64,000 nt of DNA from positions 32,001 to 96,000 of the forward strand of contig JBDRBB010000010.1 of assembly GCA_043823065.1 (NCBI GenBank). The letters run 5' to 3'. The notes under the pieces were generated by a model. The model did not search any database, had not been told where the DNA came from, and saw nothing but the letters and a program-made list of their open reading frames with translations. Positions 39,357 through 47,848 of the stretch are shown here, in pieces (within the stretch, counting starts at the first letter, position 1; each line of letters starts with the position of its first letter). The translations under genes and the position numbers were made by a program. This DNA is from Pseudomonadota bacterium. Its GTDB lineage: Bacteria > UBA10199 > 2-02-FULL-44-16 > DYJF01.

Positions 39357-39845
39357 ATGAGCAATTTTCAATATTTAATATTTGGTTTGATCAATCTATT
39401 GATCTTAATTTTTCTTTTAGTTGCTTTGCTAAAAAGACAATTTATCAATTTTTTGGATATGCGCCAAAAAAGAATTTTCCAAGCCATTAAAAATACCCAA
39501 GAAAAATATGAATTGGCTAAGAAAAATCTAAAAAAAGCTGAATTAAATATTGAACAAGTTGAAAAAGATGCTTCTAAAATTAGAAGGGCTTTGGTAGAAA
39601 TGGGGAGTTATTCCTATGATGCTACGGTTGTCAAATCGCACGAAATTGCTGAAAGATTACAAAAAGAAACAACCAATTTAATGCTTCAAGAATTAAGTAA
39701 AACTGAAAGATCTATTAAGCAACAAGCCCTTGACTTGGCTTTTACCAAAGCCAAGCTGGTTCTACAACAAGGAGTTTCTCAAAATAAACAAGAAGAACTC
39801 CTTGTAGATTCATTTGAACAATTGGCAAAAATTAAAGAAACTTAA
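39357..39845 (+). CDS. atpF: ATP synthase Fo subunit b (divergent)
   Basis: INLLILIFLL TM, FL..RQ..I, coiled coil. Confidence 0.75.
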   Translation: MSNFQYLIFGLINLLILIFLLVALLKRQFINFLDMRQKRIFQAIKNTQEKYELAKKNLKKAELNIEQVEKDASKIRRALVEMGSYSYDATVVKSHEIAERLQKETTNLMLQELSKTERSIKQQALDLAFTKAKLVLQQGVSQNKQEELLVDSFEQLAKIKET

Positions 39846-39847
39846 TT

Positions 39848-40963
39848 ATGCTTGAATTTACCACTGGAGCACAAGTTATTTGCCGGGCTGCAATTGCAGC
39901 TGGTTGTAAGTTTTTTGCTGGTTATCCAATTACACCAGCTACTGGCATTTTACTTGGCATGCATGAAAATCTTCCCCAATACGGAGGTTTAGTAATTCAG
40001 GGTGAAGATGAATTAGCTTCAATTGGTTTTTGTTTGGGCGCATCTGCAACTGGGCTAAAAGTTATGACCGCAACCAGCGGACCTGGCATGTCGCTTTATT
40101 CAGAAAATATTGGTTTTGCCCAAATGGCTGAGTTGCCCATAGTAATTGTAAACGTACAAAGAATGGGCCCAGCCACAGGCGGGGCTACCACCAATGCAGA
40201 AGGAGATATTCAATTTAGCAAATGGATTGCTCCAGGCGGCTATCCTTTAATTACTTTGGCTCCCACCAATTTGGCTGAATGTTACGAGCTAACCATTAAG
40301 GCTTTTAATTTAGCTGAGCGGTTTCGTTGTCCAGTCATTCTATCCACTAGTAAAGATTTAGTGGCTACCAGAGATACAGTGGATACCAAAAAATATTTTA
40401 AACCAAAAATAATCAATCGCCCTAAAGCCAATGTCAAAAACTTTCAGCCCTATGCTTATCAAAAAACCTCAGATGTACCACCTTTTGCTCCATTAGGCGG
40501 TGATTTACTGACTAGATTTAATACTTCTACTCATGATCAAAATGGCATCTTAACCTGGAATACAAAAAAAGCAGATCTGGCCTTAAACCACTTAAATGAC
40601 AAAATCATGAAACACTCTTCAGAAATTGAAACTGTGGAAGCAGATATTGAAAAGGGTGCCAAGCAGATTATTGTTGCTTATGGCATGATGGCCAGGGTTT
40701 CCAAACATGTAGTCAGACATCTACGCAGCCTGAATAAAAAAATTTCATTATTGACTGTGCATTCTTTGTGGCCTTTGCCAGAAAAATCTCTAAAGAAATA
40801 CGTGGGAAAACATAGCAAAATAATTGTGCCTGAACTAAATCTTGGTCAATATTGTTTGGAAATTGAACGTTTATTTCCAAACCAAGATCTTGTTAAAATT
40901 AACCGTATTGACGGTAAATTAATTTCCCCTGAGGAAATTATAAAAAAAGGTAAACTTTTGTGA
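39848..40963 (+). CDS. 2-Oxoacid:ferredoxin oxidoreductase alpha subunit
   Basis: FAGYPITPA, EDE, TATSGPG, VQRMGPATG, PELNLGQ. Confidence 0.92.
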   Translation: MLEFTTGAQVICRAAIAAGCKFFAGYPITPATGILLGMHENLPQYGGLVIQGEDELASIGFCLGASATGLKVMTATSGPGMSLYSENIGFAQMAELPIVIVNVQRMGPATGGATTNAEGDIQFSKWIAPGGYPLITLAPTNLAECYELTIKAFNLAERFRCPVILSTSKDLVATRDTVDTKKYFKPKIINRPKANVKNFQPYAYQKTSDVPPFAPLGGDLLTRFNTSTHDQNGILTWNTKKADLALNHLNDKIMKHSSEIETVEADIEKGAKQIIVAYGMMARVSKHVVRHLRSLNKKISLLTVHSLWPLPEKSLKKYVGKHSKIIVPELNLGQYCLEIERLFPNQDLVKINRIDGKLISPEEIIKKGKLL

Positions 40964-42258
40964 CATTTTTAGATTTTAGCACAAGTAGTTTTAGTTTTTG
41001 TCCAGGCTGTTCTCATGAAAATGTTTTGCTACATTTAAATCAAGCCATGAGTCAAGCTGGACTAGATCAAAAGCAAACTGTTTTAGTCACTGATATTGGC
41101 TGCCACGGCGTTGCTGATAAATTTTTCAGGCTACATACCTTGCACGGTTTGCATGGACGATCATTTACCTATGCCTGCGGCGCCAAATTGGCCAACCCAA
41201 AACTAAACGTTTTGGTCTTAGTTGGCGATGGTGGTTGCGGAATTGGTGGGCATCATCTGTTAAACGCTGCCAGACGCAATATCGGCATCAAGGTCTTTTG
41301 TTTTAATAATTTTAATTTTGGCATGACTGGCGGAGAACATAGCGTTACCTCGCCCATGCAAAGCATTACTCATTCCACTCCTCAAGGAAATATAGAACGG
41401 CCATTTGACTTATGTGCTTTGGTTTTAGCTGCTCAAGCTAGCTGGGTTGGCCGCACCACAGCTTTTGAAAATGATCAAGTTGAGCTGATGAGCAAAGCCT
41501 TACTTCACCCAGGATTTGCATTTTTGGATATTCTAGAACTTTGCCCAGCCTATTATTCAAAATTAAACAAATATAATAAACAGTCACTATATCAAATGGT
41601 GGCTGATCAAAATCTGCAGCTTGGTATTTTAAAACAAGATTTATTTCCAGAACTTGCTCAAACCATACACAACAATCTTCAAACCAATCCCAAAGCTTAT
41701 TTTCCAGTTGAGCCTATTCAACCAAAATTTAGGGCTGATTTAACTGAAGATTGTTCAATTGTTTTGGCAGGCAGTGCAGGCCAAAAAATTATCTCAGCTG
41801 CCTCATTGCTGGCCAAAGCTGCCTTGTCGTGTAAATTATTTGCCACTCAACAAAATGAATATGGGATCATGGTCCAAAAGGGGCATTCTATATCAGAACT
41901 TAAAATTTCCTCTCAAAAGATTTTTTACCCAGCTGTTAGCAAACCCCAGGCTATAATAATTACCTCTTTAGATGGCTTAGAAAAATGCCAACACTTTTTT
42001 GCTAGGCTGAGCAAGAAAGATCTAGTAATTATTACTAGCGATTGCCCAGAAATTTCCACCAAGGCTCAAGTGCATAAACTAGATATCAAAGACTTAGGGC
42101 TTCTGCAGACCACAAAAATAATCGCGCTTATTGCTTATCTTTTACAACACAGAAAAATTATACCTGCAGAAGCATTTAAATCCATGTTGAACGAAATTCC
42201 TCAAGAAAAAATTCGAGAAGAAAACTTAAAAGCTTATGAAGCAGGAAATAAACTATAA
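40960..42258 (+). CDS. 2-Oxoacid:ferredoxin oxidoreductase beta-gamma fusion
   Basis: FCPGC, DIGC, GDGG..NN.FGMTGG; C-terminal gamma domain AGSAGQ. Confidence 0.88.
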   Translation: MTFLDFSTSSFSFCPGCSHENVLLHLNQAMSQAGLDQKQTVLVTDIGCHGVADKFFRLHTLHGLHGRSFTYACGAKLANPKLNVLVLVGDGGCGIGGHHLLNAARRNIGIKVFCFNNFNFGMTGGEHSVTSPMQSITHSTPQGNIERPFDLCALVLAAQASWVGRTTAFENDQVELMSKALLHPGFAFLDILELCPAYYSKLNKYNKQSLYQMVADQNLQLGILKQDLFPELAQTIHNNLQTNPKAYFPVEPIQPKFRADLTEDCSIVLAGSAGQKIISAASLLAKAALSCKLFATQQNEYGIMVQKGHSISELKISSQKIFYPAVSKPQAIIITSLDGLEKCQHFFARLSKKDLVIITSDCPEISTKAQVHKLDIKDLGLLQTTKIIALIAYLLQHRKIIPAEAFKSMLNEIPQEKIREENLKAYEAGNKL

Positions 42259-42266
42259 ATATTTTA

Positions 42267-42384
42267 TATTGTGATAGTGGCGTAGGGCGGCTTTTTTTAT
42301 TTTCCCGGTATGACGAAAAAAAAGAATATGCCAAAATGTTCATAGGGAAATAAAAAAAGTCGGCCGAGAGCTACTATCACAATA
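42267..42384 (+). repeat. Dispersed structured repeat, family A copy 4 (different interior)
   Basis: cgtagggcggctttt...aaaagtcggccgagag inside tattgtgatagtgg/ctactatcacaata. Confidence 0.8.
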
Positions 42385-42399
42385 AAGAAAGAGGATTTT

Positions 42400-43581
42400 A
42401 TGGCCCAACTAAACTGTCCTGATTATTTCAATTTAAGCTCTCTACTTTCTGAAGAAGAAATAATGATCCAGAATGCTACGCGCGATTTTGTAGATAATGA
42501 AGTCTTGCCCATTATCACAGAACATCACAGGCAAGCTAGCTTTCCAGCAGACCTGGTTCCAAAGTTAGCTGGCCTTGGTTATTTTGGCGCAAATGTACCT
42601 GCCCAATATGGCGGAGCTGGCCTGAATAATGTTGCTTATGGTCTAGCTCTCCAAGAACTAGAAAGAGGGGACAGTGGAGTACGCAGCATGTGTTCAGTGC
42701 AAACCAGCTTAGTGATGTATCCCATTTTACAATGGGGTTCTGAAGAACAAAAAAATCTTTGGCTGCCAAAACTGGCCAAGGGAGAGGCAATTGGTTGTTT
42801 TGGCTTAACTGAACCGGATTTTGGTTCTGATCCAGGCGGATTAGTTTGCAGGGCAACCCGCCAAGGCGACAAATGGATACTAAATGGCCAAAAGATGTGG
42901 ATTACTAACGGCACTATTGCTGATTTAGCTATTGTCTGGGCCAAAGATGATAATAATGAAATCCGCGCCTTTTTAGTAGAAAAGAACACGCCTGGTTTTA
43001 GTGCGCCAGAAACCAAAGGCAAATGGTCTTTGCGCGCCTCAGTTACTTCTGAATTAATTTTAGATGATGTAAAAGTTTCCCATCAAACCCATTGTCTGGA
43101 AAAAGCTGTTGGCTTGAAATGCGCGCTAGCTTGCCTTAATCAGGCCCGTTACGGCATTGCTTGGGGAGCTTTGGGTACAGCCATGAATTGCTATGAAACC
43201 GCACTTAATTATGCTAAAGAGCGCATCCAATTTGATCAGCCAATTGCCCGCTATCAAATTACGCAAGAAAAACTAGTCTGGATGTTAAATGAAATTACCA
43301 AAGGTCAATTTTTGGTTCTGCAGCTTGGCCGCTTAAAAGATGCAAAAACCATGAAACATCAACAAGTTTCTCTGGCCAAGAGAAACAATGTAAACATTGC
43401 TAGAAAATGTACCAGGTTAGCGCGAGAAATCTTAGGAGCAGCAGGCATTGTAGATGATTATCCAATCATGCGCCATATGATGAACATAGAAAGTGTTTAT
43501 ACTTATGAAGGCACGCATGACATGCATACTTTAATTATTGGCGCGGATATTACAGGATTTGAAGCATACAGAGTGAAATGA
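42400..43581 (+). CDS. gcdH: Glutaryl-CoA dehydrogenase
   Basis: ELERGDSG.RS..SVQ, GCFGLTEPD.GSDP, SLRASVT, TYEGTHD. Confidence 0.9.
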   Translation: MAQLNCPDYFNLSSLLSEEEIMIQNATRDFVDNEVLPIITEHHRQASFPADLVPKLAGLGYFGANVPAQYGGAGLNNVAYGLALQELERGDSGVRSMCSVQTSLVMYPILQWGSEEQKNLWLPKLAKGEAIGCFGLTEPDFGSDPGGLVCRATRQGDKWILNGQKMWITNGTIADLAIVWAKDDNNEIRAFLVEKNTPGFSAPETKGKWSLRASVTSELILDDVKVSHQTHCLEKAVGLKCALACLNQARYGIAWGALGTAMNCYETALNYAKERIQFDQPIARYQITQEKLVWMLNEITKGQFLVLQLGRLKDAKTMKHQQVSLAKRNNVNIARKCTRLAREILGAAGIVDDYPIMRHMMNIESVYTYEGTHDMHTLIIGADITGFEAYRVK

Positions 43582-44879
43582 AAAATAATCTAATAGCAAT
43601 CCGTAACGAAGAAAAAAAAGGTGAGCGACGCACTCCTCTTGTTCCCCAAGATATCCAAACCTTAATCAAAAAAGCTGGTTTATCATTTATAGTGCAATCA
43701 TCAAAGCAGCGCATTTTTTCAGACCAGGAATTTGCGCAAGTTGGGGCAAAAATCAAATCAGATGTTCTAGAAGGTAATTTAATTATTGGTATTAAAGAAA
43801 TCCCTGCCAAATTAATTGAAAAGCAAAAAGTATATTTATTTTTTTCCCACACAATTAAAGGCCAGAAATATAACATGCCTTTGCTTGCCAAGATCATGGC
43901 CCAAAAAGCAACTTTAATAGATTATGAACGCATTGTGGATGAAAAAAATAGACGTTTGATTTTTTTTGGCCAAGAAGCAGGCCAAGCTGGCCTGATTAAC
44001 ACGCTCTGGGCCTTTGGCCAGCGCCTAAAATTTGAAGGAATAGAAAACCCCTTTTTCCACATTAAACAAGCTCATCAATATAAAGACCTTCAAGATGCCC
44101 TTGATTCCACCTCGAAAGTGGGACAGGTCCTTATGGAAAGCGGGTTTGCGGCAAAACTGGCTCCTTTAGTCATAGGCATTGCTGGTTATGGGCATGTATC
44201 ACACGGGGTCCAGCAAATCTTAGATCATCTTCCTGTAACTAAAATTTCTCCAGATGATTTACCAGCGCTCTTTCAAAAAAAGTCAGCTAATAACAAAACT
44301 GTCTATAAAGTTGTATTTCACGAAGAACACCTGGTAGAACCAATCTCCAAAAGCGACAAGTTTGTGCTTCAAGACTATTATGATCATCCTGAAAAATATC
44401 GCTCCAAATTTCAGCAATATCTTCCATATCTAACTATTTTGGTGAACTGCATTTTTTGGACTTTGAAATATCCCAGGTTTGTCACCAAACATGATGCTAA
44501 AAATCTTAATCTGCGCTTAAAAGTTATTGGCGATATTTCCTGCGACATAAACGGCGCCATTGAATTTACTGCTAAAGCCACAACACAAGAAAACCCTGTG
44601 TTTGTTTATAATCCTAAAAATGATACTATTTCAGATGGTTTAAAAGGAGAAGGCATTGCGGTCATGGCCATAGATAATCTACCTAGCGAACTGCCTAAAG
44701 ATGCATCTAGGCATTTTAGTAATATGTTAAAAAAATATATACCTGATTTAGCTCAAGCTAATTTTTCAGCAAGTTTTAAGCAATTAAAACTGCCCGCAGA
44801 ACTGAAAAGGGCGATTATTGTATATCAAGGAGAATTAACTCCATATTATAAATATTTAGAAGAATATTTAAAATTATGA
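43578..44879 (+). CDS. Lysine-2-oxoglutarate reductase (LKR; saccharopine dehydrogenase, Lys-forming family)
   Basis: ERRTPL.P, FFSHTIKGQ.YNM, LIDYE, DISCD..GAIEF, DNLPSELP. Confidence 0.9.
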   Translation: MKNNLIAIRNEEKKGERRTPLVPQDIQTLIKKAGLSFIVQSSKQRIFSDQEFAQVGAKIKSDVLEGNLIIGIKEIPAKLIEKQKVYLFFSHTIKGQKYNMPLLAKIMAQKATLIDYERIVDEKNRRLIFFGQEAGQAGLINTLWAFGQRLKFEGIENPFFHIKQAHQYKDLQDALDSTSKVGQVLMESGFAAKLAPLVIGIAGYGHVSHGVQQILDHLPVTKISPDDLPALFQKKSANNKTVYKVVFHEEHLVEPISKSDKFVLQDYYDHPEKYRSKFQQYLPYLTILVNCIFWTLKYPRFVTKHDAKNLNLRLKVIGDISCDINGAIEFTAKATTQENPVFVYNPKNDTISDGLKGEGIAVMAIDNLPSELPKDASRHFSNMLKKYIPDLAQANFSASFKQLKLPAELKRAIIVYQGELTPYYKYLEEYLKL

Positions 44880-46213
44880 AAAAAAACATTCTAGTGCTTG
44901 GCGCTGGACTAGTGGCCAAACCATTAGTCAAATATCTTTTAGACCATGGCTATAATGTGGCTGTGGCAACGCGCACTATTCAAAAAGCTCTAAACCTGAT
45001 TGACAGACATCCCCATGCTCTAGCCCTTAGCCTAAACATTAACCATAAACACATTTTAGATAATTTTGTGGCTAAAGCTGATTTGGTTATCAGCCTTTTG
45101 CCCAATACCCTACATGTACCAGTAGCCAGGGTTTGTTTAAAATTTAAAAAACACTTAATCACCACTTCTTATGTTAGCAAACAAATGAACTGTTTAGATC
45201 AAAGGGCTAAAGCAGCCAAAGTTATTTTCTTGAATGAAATTGGTCTGGATCCAGGCATTGATCATATGTCTGCTATGGCCATCATTCACGATGTGCAAGC
45301 TAATGGTGGAAAAATTATCAGTTTTGAATCCATGTGCGGTGGTTTACCTGCTCCTGAATTCAATAATAATCCTTTGGGCTATAAATTTTCCTGGGGTCCG
45401 CGCGGCGTGGTTCTGGCTTCAAAAAATAACGCCCTGTATCTTAAAGATGGCAAAAAAATTACCGTAGTTGGCAAACATCTTTTTGAGCATCACTGGCAGA
45501 TAAAAATTCCTCCTTTAGGTGAATTTGAAGTTTATCCTAATCGTGATTCCCTATCATATATAGATAAATATGGTTTAGCTGGAATTAAAACCATGTTTCG
45601 CGGAACCTTAAGAAATATTGGTTGGTGTGAAACCTGGAAGAGTCTTGGTGAATTAGGTTTATTAAATGATAAAGCTAAATACAATTTTACTCGCTTAACG
45701 TATCGCGAATTCCTAACCAATTTAATTCAGAGCAAAGGTCAATATTTGGCTCAGGATCTGGCTAGCTATTTAGAAATTGATTCTAATTCAGAAATAATTA
45801 AACGCCTGAAGTGGTTAGGCTTATTAAGCGCCCAAAAACCCAAGCTAAACAAAGGCACGGCTTTAGATCTTTTAGTAGATCTGCTTTTTGAAAAAATGCA
45901 GTACCAGCCTGGCGAACAAGATATGGTAGTTTTGCACCATAAGTTCAGGATAAAATATGGCCGGCAAATTCAAGAGAGATTCTCCACCTTAATAGCTTTT
46001 GGCCAGCCCAATGGCTATAGCGCCATGTCTGGTATGGTTGGTTTGCCAGCAGCTATTGCCGCACGTTTGATTTTAGAAGGAAAAATTAAACTAACTGGCG
46101 TGCAAATTCCTGTGCATCAACAAATATATGAACCTGTGCTCAAAGAATTGGGTGAATTTGGCATGAAGTTTATTGATAAGCGCAAGAAGGTACAACATGA
46201 GCATCATAACTAA
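44876..46213 (+). CDS. Saccharopine dehydrogenase (Glu-forming, SDH)
   Basis: LGAGLV, NEIGLDPGIDH, CGGLPAPE, YKFSW.P, YPNRDS, RGTLR. Confidence 0.92.
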   Translation: MKKNILVLGAGLVAKPLVKYLLDHGYNVAVATRTIQKALNLIDRHPHALALSLNINHKHILDNFVAKADLVISLLPNTLHVPVARVCLKFKKHLITTSYVSKQMNCLDQRAKAAKVIFLNEIGLDPGIDHMSAMAIIHDVQANGGKIISFESMCGGLPAPEFNNNPLGYKFSWGPRGVVLASKNNALYLKDGKKITVVGKHLFEHHWQIKIPPLGEFEVYPNRDSLSYIDKYGLAGIKTMFRGTLRNIGWCETWKSLGELGLLNDKAKYNFTRLTYREFLTNLIQSKGQYLAQDLASYLEIDSNSEIIKRLKWLGLLSAQKPKLNKGTALDLLVDLLFEKMQYQPGEQDMVVLHHKFRIKYGRQIQERFSTLIAFGQPNGYSAMSGMVGLPAAIAARLILEGKIKLTGVQIPVHQQIYEPVLKELGEFGMKFIDKRKKVQHEHHN

Positions 46214-46679
46214 AACAGGCGATAAAGGAACTACCAAAACCTTAGCTGGAAATACTGTTTCTAAAACAAATCTGCAAATTATTGCCGGTGGCACTTTAGA
46301 TGAATTAATTTCTTGTTTGGGTTTGGCCAAAACTTTAGGATCTAAAACCCAAACTCAAGACATTACCAATATCCAAAATAAATTGATCAAAATTGGCGCA
46401 GAGATTTCCTCTCTGAATCCAGAGATAACAGATAAAGATATAGCAGAAATTGAAACTAAAATAACGGAACTTGAAAAAAATATAAAACTTCCCAAAGAAT
46501 TAATTATTCCTGGCAATAATCCAGGATCAGCAGGCTTGGATTTAGCTCGCGCCATTGCCAGGAGAATGGAAAGGGAAGTTGTTGAGCTTCAAGAAAAAGG
46601 AATAATTAAAAACAAACAATTGCTAATATATTGTAATCGTCTGTCAGATTATTTGTTTTTACTAGCTAGACAGGCGTAA
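46197..46679 (+). CDS. ATP:cob(I)alamin adenosyltransferase (PduO type)
   Basis: TKTGDKGTT, GTLDEL, RR.ER, NRLSDYLF. Confidence 0.9.
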   Translation: MSIITKTGDKGTTKTLAGNTVSKTNLQIIAGGTLDELISCLGLAKTLGSKTQTQDITNIQNKLIKIGAEISSLNPEITDKDIAEIETKITELEKNIKLPKELIIPGNNPGSAGLDLARAIARRMEREVVELQEKGIIKNKQLLIYCNRLSDYLFLLARQA

Positions 46680-46711
46680 CACGCTGTCCGCAATGACAAA
46701 GAGGCACACCT

Positions 46712-47032
46712 ATGACTAACCTAATGATTGTCTTGGTAACTATTAATGATAAAAAAGAGGCAGCCCAACTCGCTAAAAAAATTGTAGGCAAACGTTTGGC
46801 TGCTTGCGTAAATATTATCCCTGATTTACATTCAATTTACGAATGGGATGGTGGGATTCAAGATGAAAAAGAATTGTTGCTTATCATGAAAACCACACCA
46901 CAAAATATTGCTGAACTCAAAGAATTTGTAGAAGCAAATCACCCCTATGAAGTTCCTGAGTTTGTTGTTTTAGATGCAGCAGATGTTTCAGAAAATTACT
47001 TAAGGTGGGTGCAAAAAAATACTCTATCCTGA
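46712..47032 (+). CDS. cutA: Divalent cation tolerance protein
   Basis: LAACVN, S.YEW.G, HPYEVPE. Confidence 0.92.
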   Translation: MTNLMIVLVTINDKKEAAQLAKKIVGKRLAACVNIIPDLHSIYEWDGGIQDEKELLLIMKTTPQNIAELKEFVEANHPYEVPEFVVLDAADVSENYLRWVQKNTLS

Positions 47033-47749
47033 AGAAATAACTCGGCCAATTTTTGGTCCAGTTTCTCTAGAAGCAAAAAACAATTTACGGGCAACTTCCA
47101 TAGCACGTTTTTCTGCAGCATAAGCTTCTTCTAAGATTGCAACTCTGGTTGCAGTGTTATGATATTTCCGACAAGGAAGCTCTCTTTTATTTTTCTTTAT
47201 TTTATGCAAGGTTTCTAAAAACTGAATCATTTCATCTGGGGTAAAACCCATTAAAAAAAGAGCCCTACCAGCAAAACCATCTGCGTCAGCTTCTTCATCT
47301 CTCCTGATTTCAAAAATTTGCTCCCAATTCAGATGCGACCAATCTTTGCCGCGCGGCAGATCGCTCATCATATGGCCCCATTCATGGGCTAAAATTGCCG
47401 CAACTAAAGCTTCATTGTTGCCAAATTGCTGCAGAAATTCCACACCCACATACACATTATCTTCTTCATCAACTGATGCGACCACACCATGAGCTGGAAT
47501 AAATTTCTTGCCTTTTTTACGGGAAATTAGGGCCAGTTTCTTGCGCAGCCTTTCAAGCATGCCACTTGGTTCAAACATTTCTGCTACTTCTTTGGGAATT
47601 TCACCTTGATTAGCCAAACGAGGGATGGGCTCACCCATCATCTTCTTGATTTCATTAGCATTTCCAATATTTCCACCTGTAGATTCAACTCTCTTCATCC
47701 ACGGAGGTGGTAGTCTGGACATTGCTGCTGATACTTTCTCAATAGACAT
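47024..47749 (-). CDS. Zinc metalloprotease-like protein (M48-type HExxH...E..AD)
   Basis: ILAHEWGH, EEADADGFA, H....R. Confidence 0.75.
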   Translation of the reverse strand: MSIEKVSAAMSRLPPPWMKRVESTGGNIGNANEIKKMMGEPIPRLANQGEIPKEVAEMFEPSGMLERLRKKLALISRKKGKKFIPAHGVVASVDEEDNVYVGVEFLQQFGNNEALVAAILAHEWGHMMSDLPRGKDWSHLNWEQIFEIRRDEEADADGFAGRALFLMGFTPDEMIQFLETLHKIKKNKRELPCRKYHNTATRVAILEEAYAAEKRAMEVARKLFFASRETGPKIGRVISSG

Positions 47750-47807
47750 ATTTTCCCTTTAACTCAAATTGCCCATTTGGGCAAGTTTTCCCATTATCTA
47801 TATATAT

Positions 47808-47834
47808 TTATCGGTATTACCCTTAAAATGTTGC
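47808..47834 (-). promoter_or_regulatory. Putative sigma28-like promoter GCAAC-N16-CGATAA
   Basis: Shared motif. Confidence 0.6.
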
Positions 47835-47848
47835 GATGTTTATGGCTA

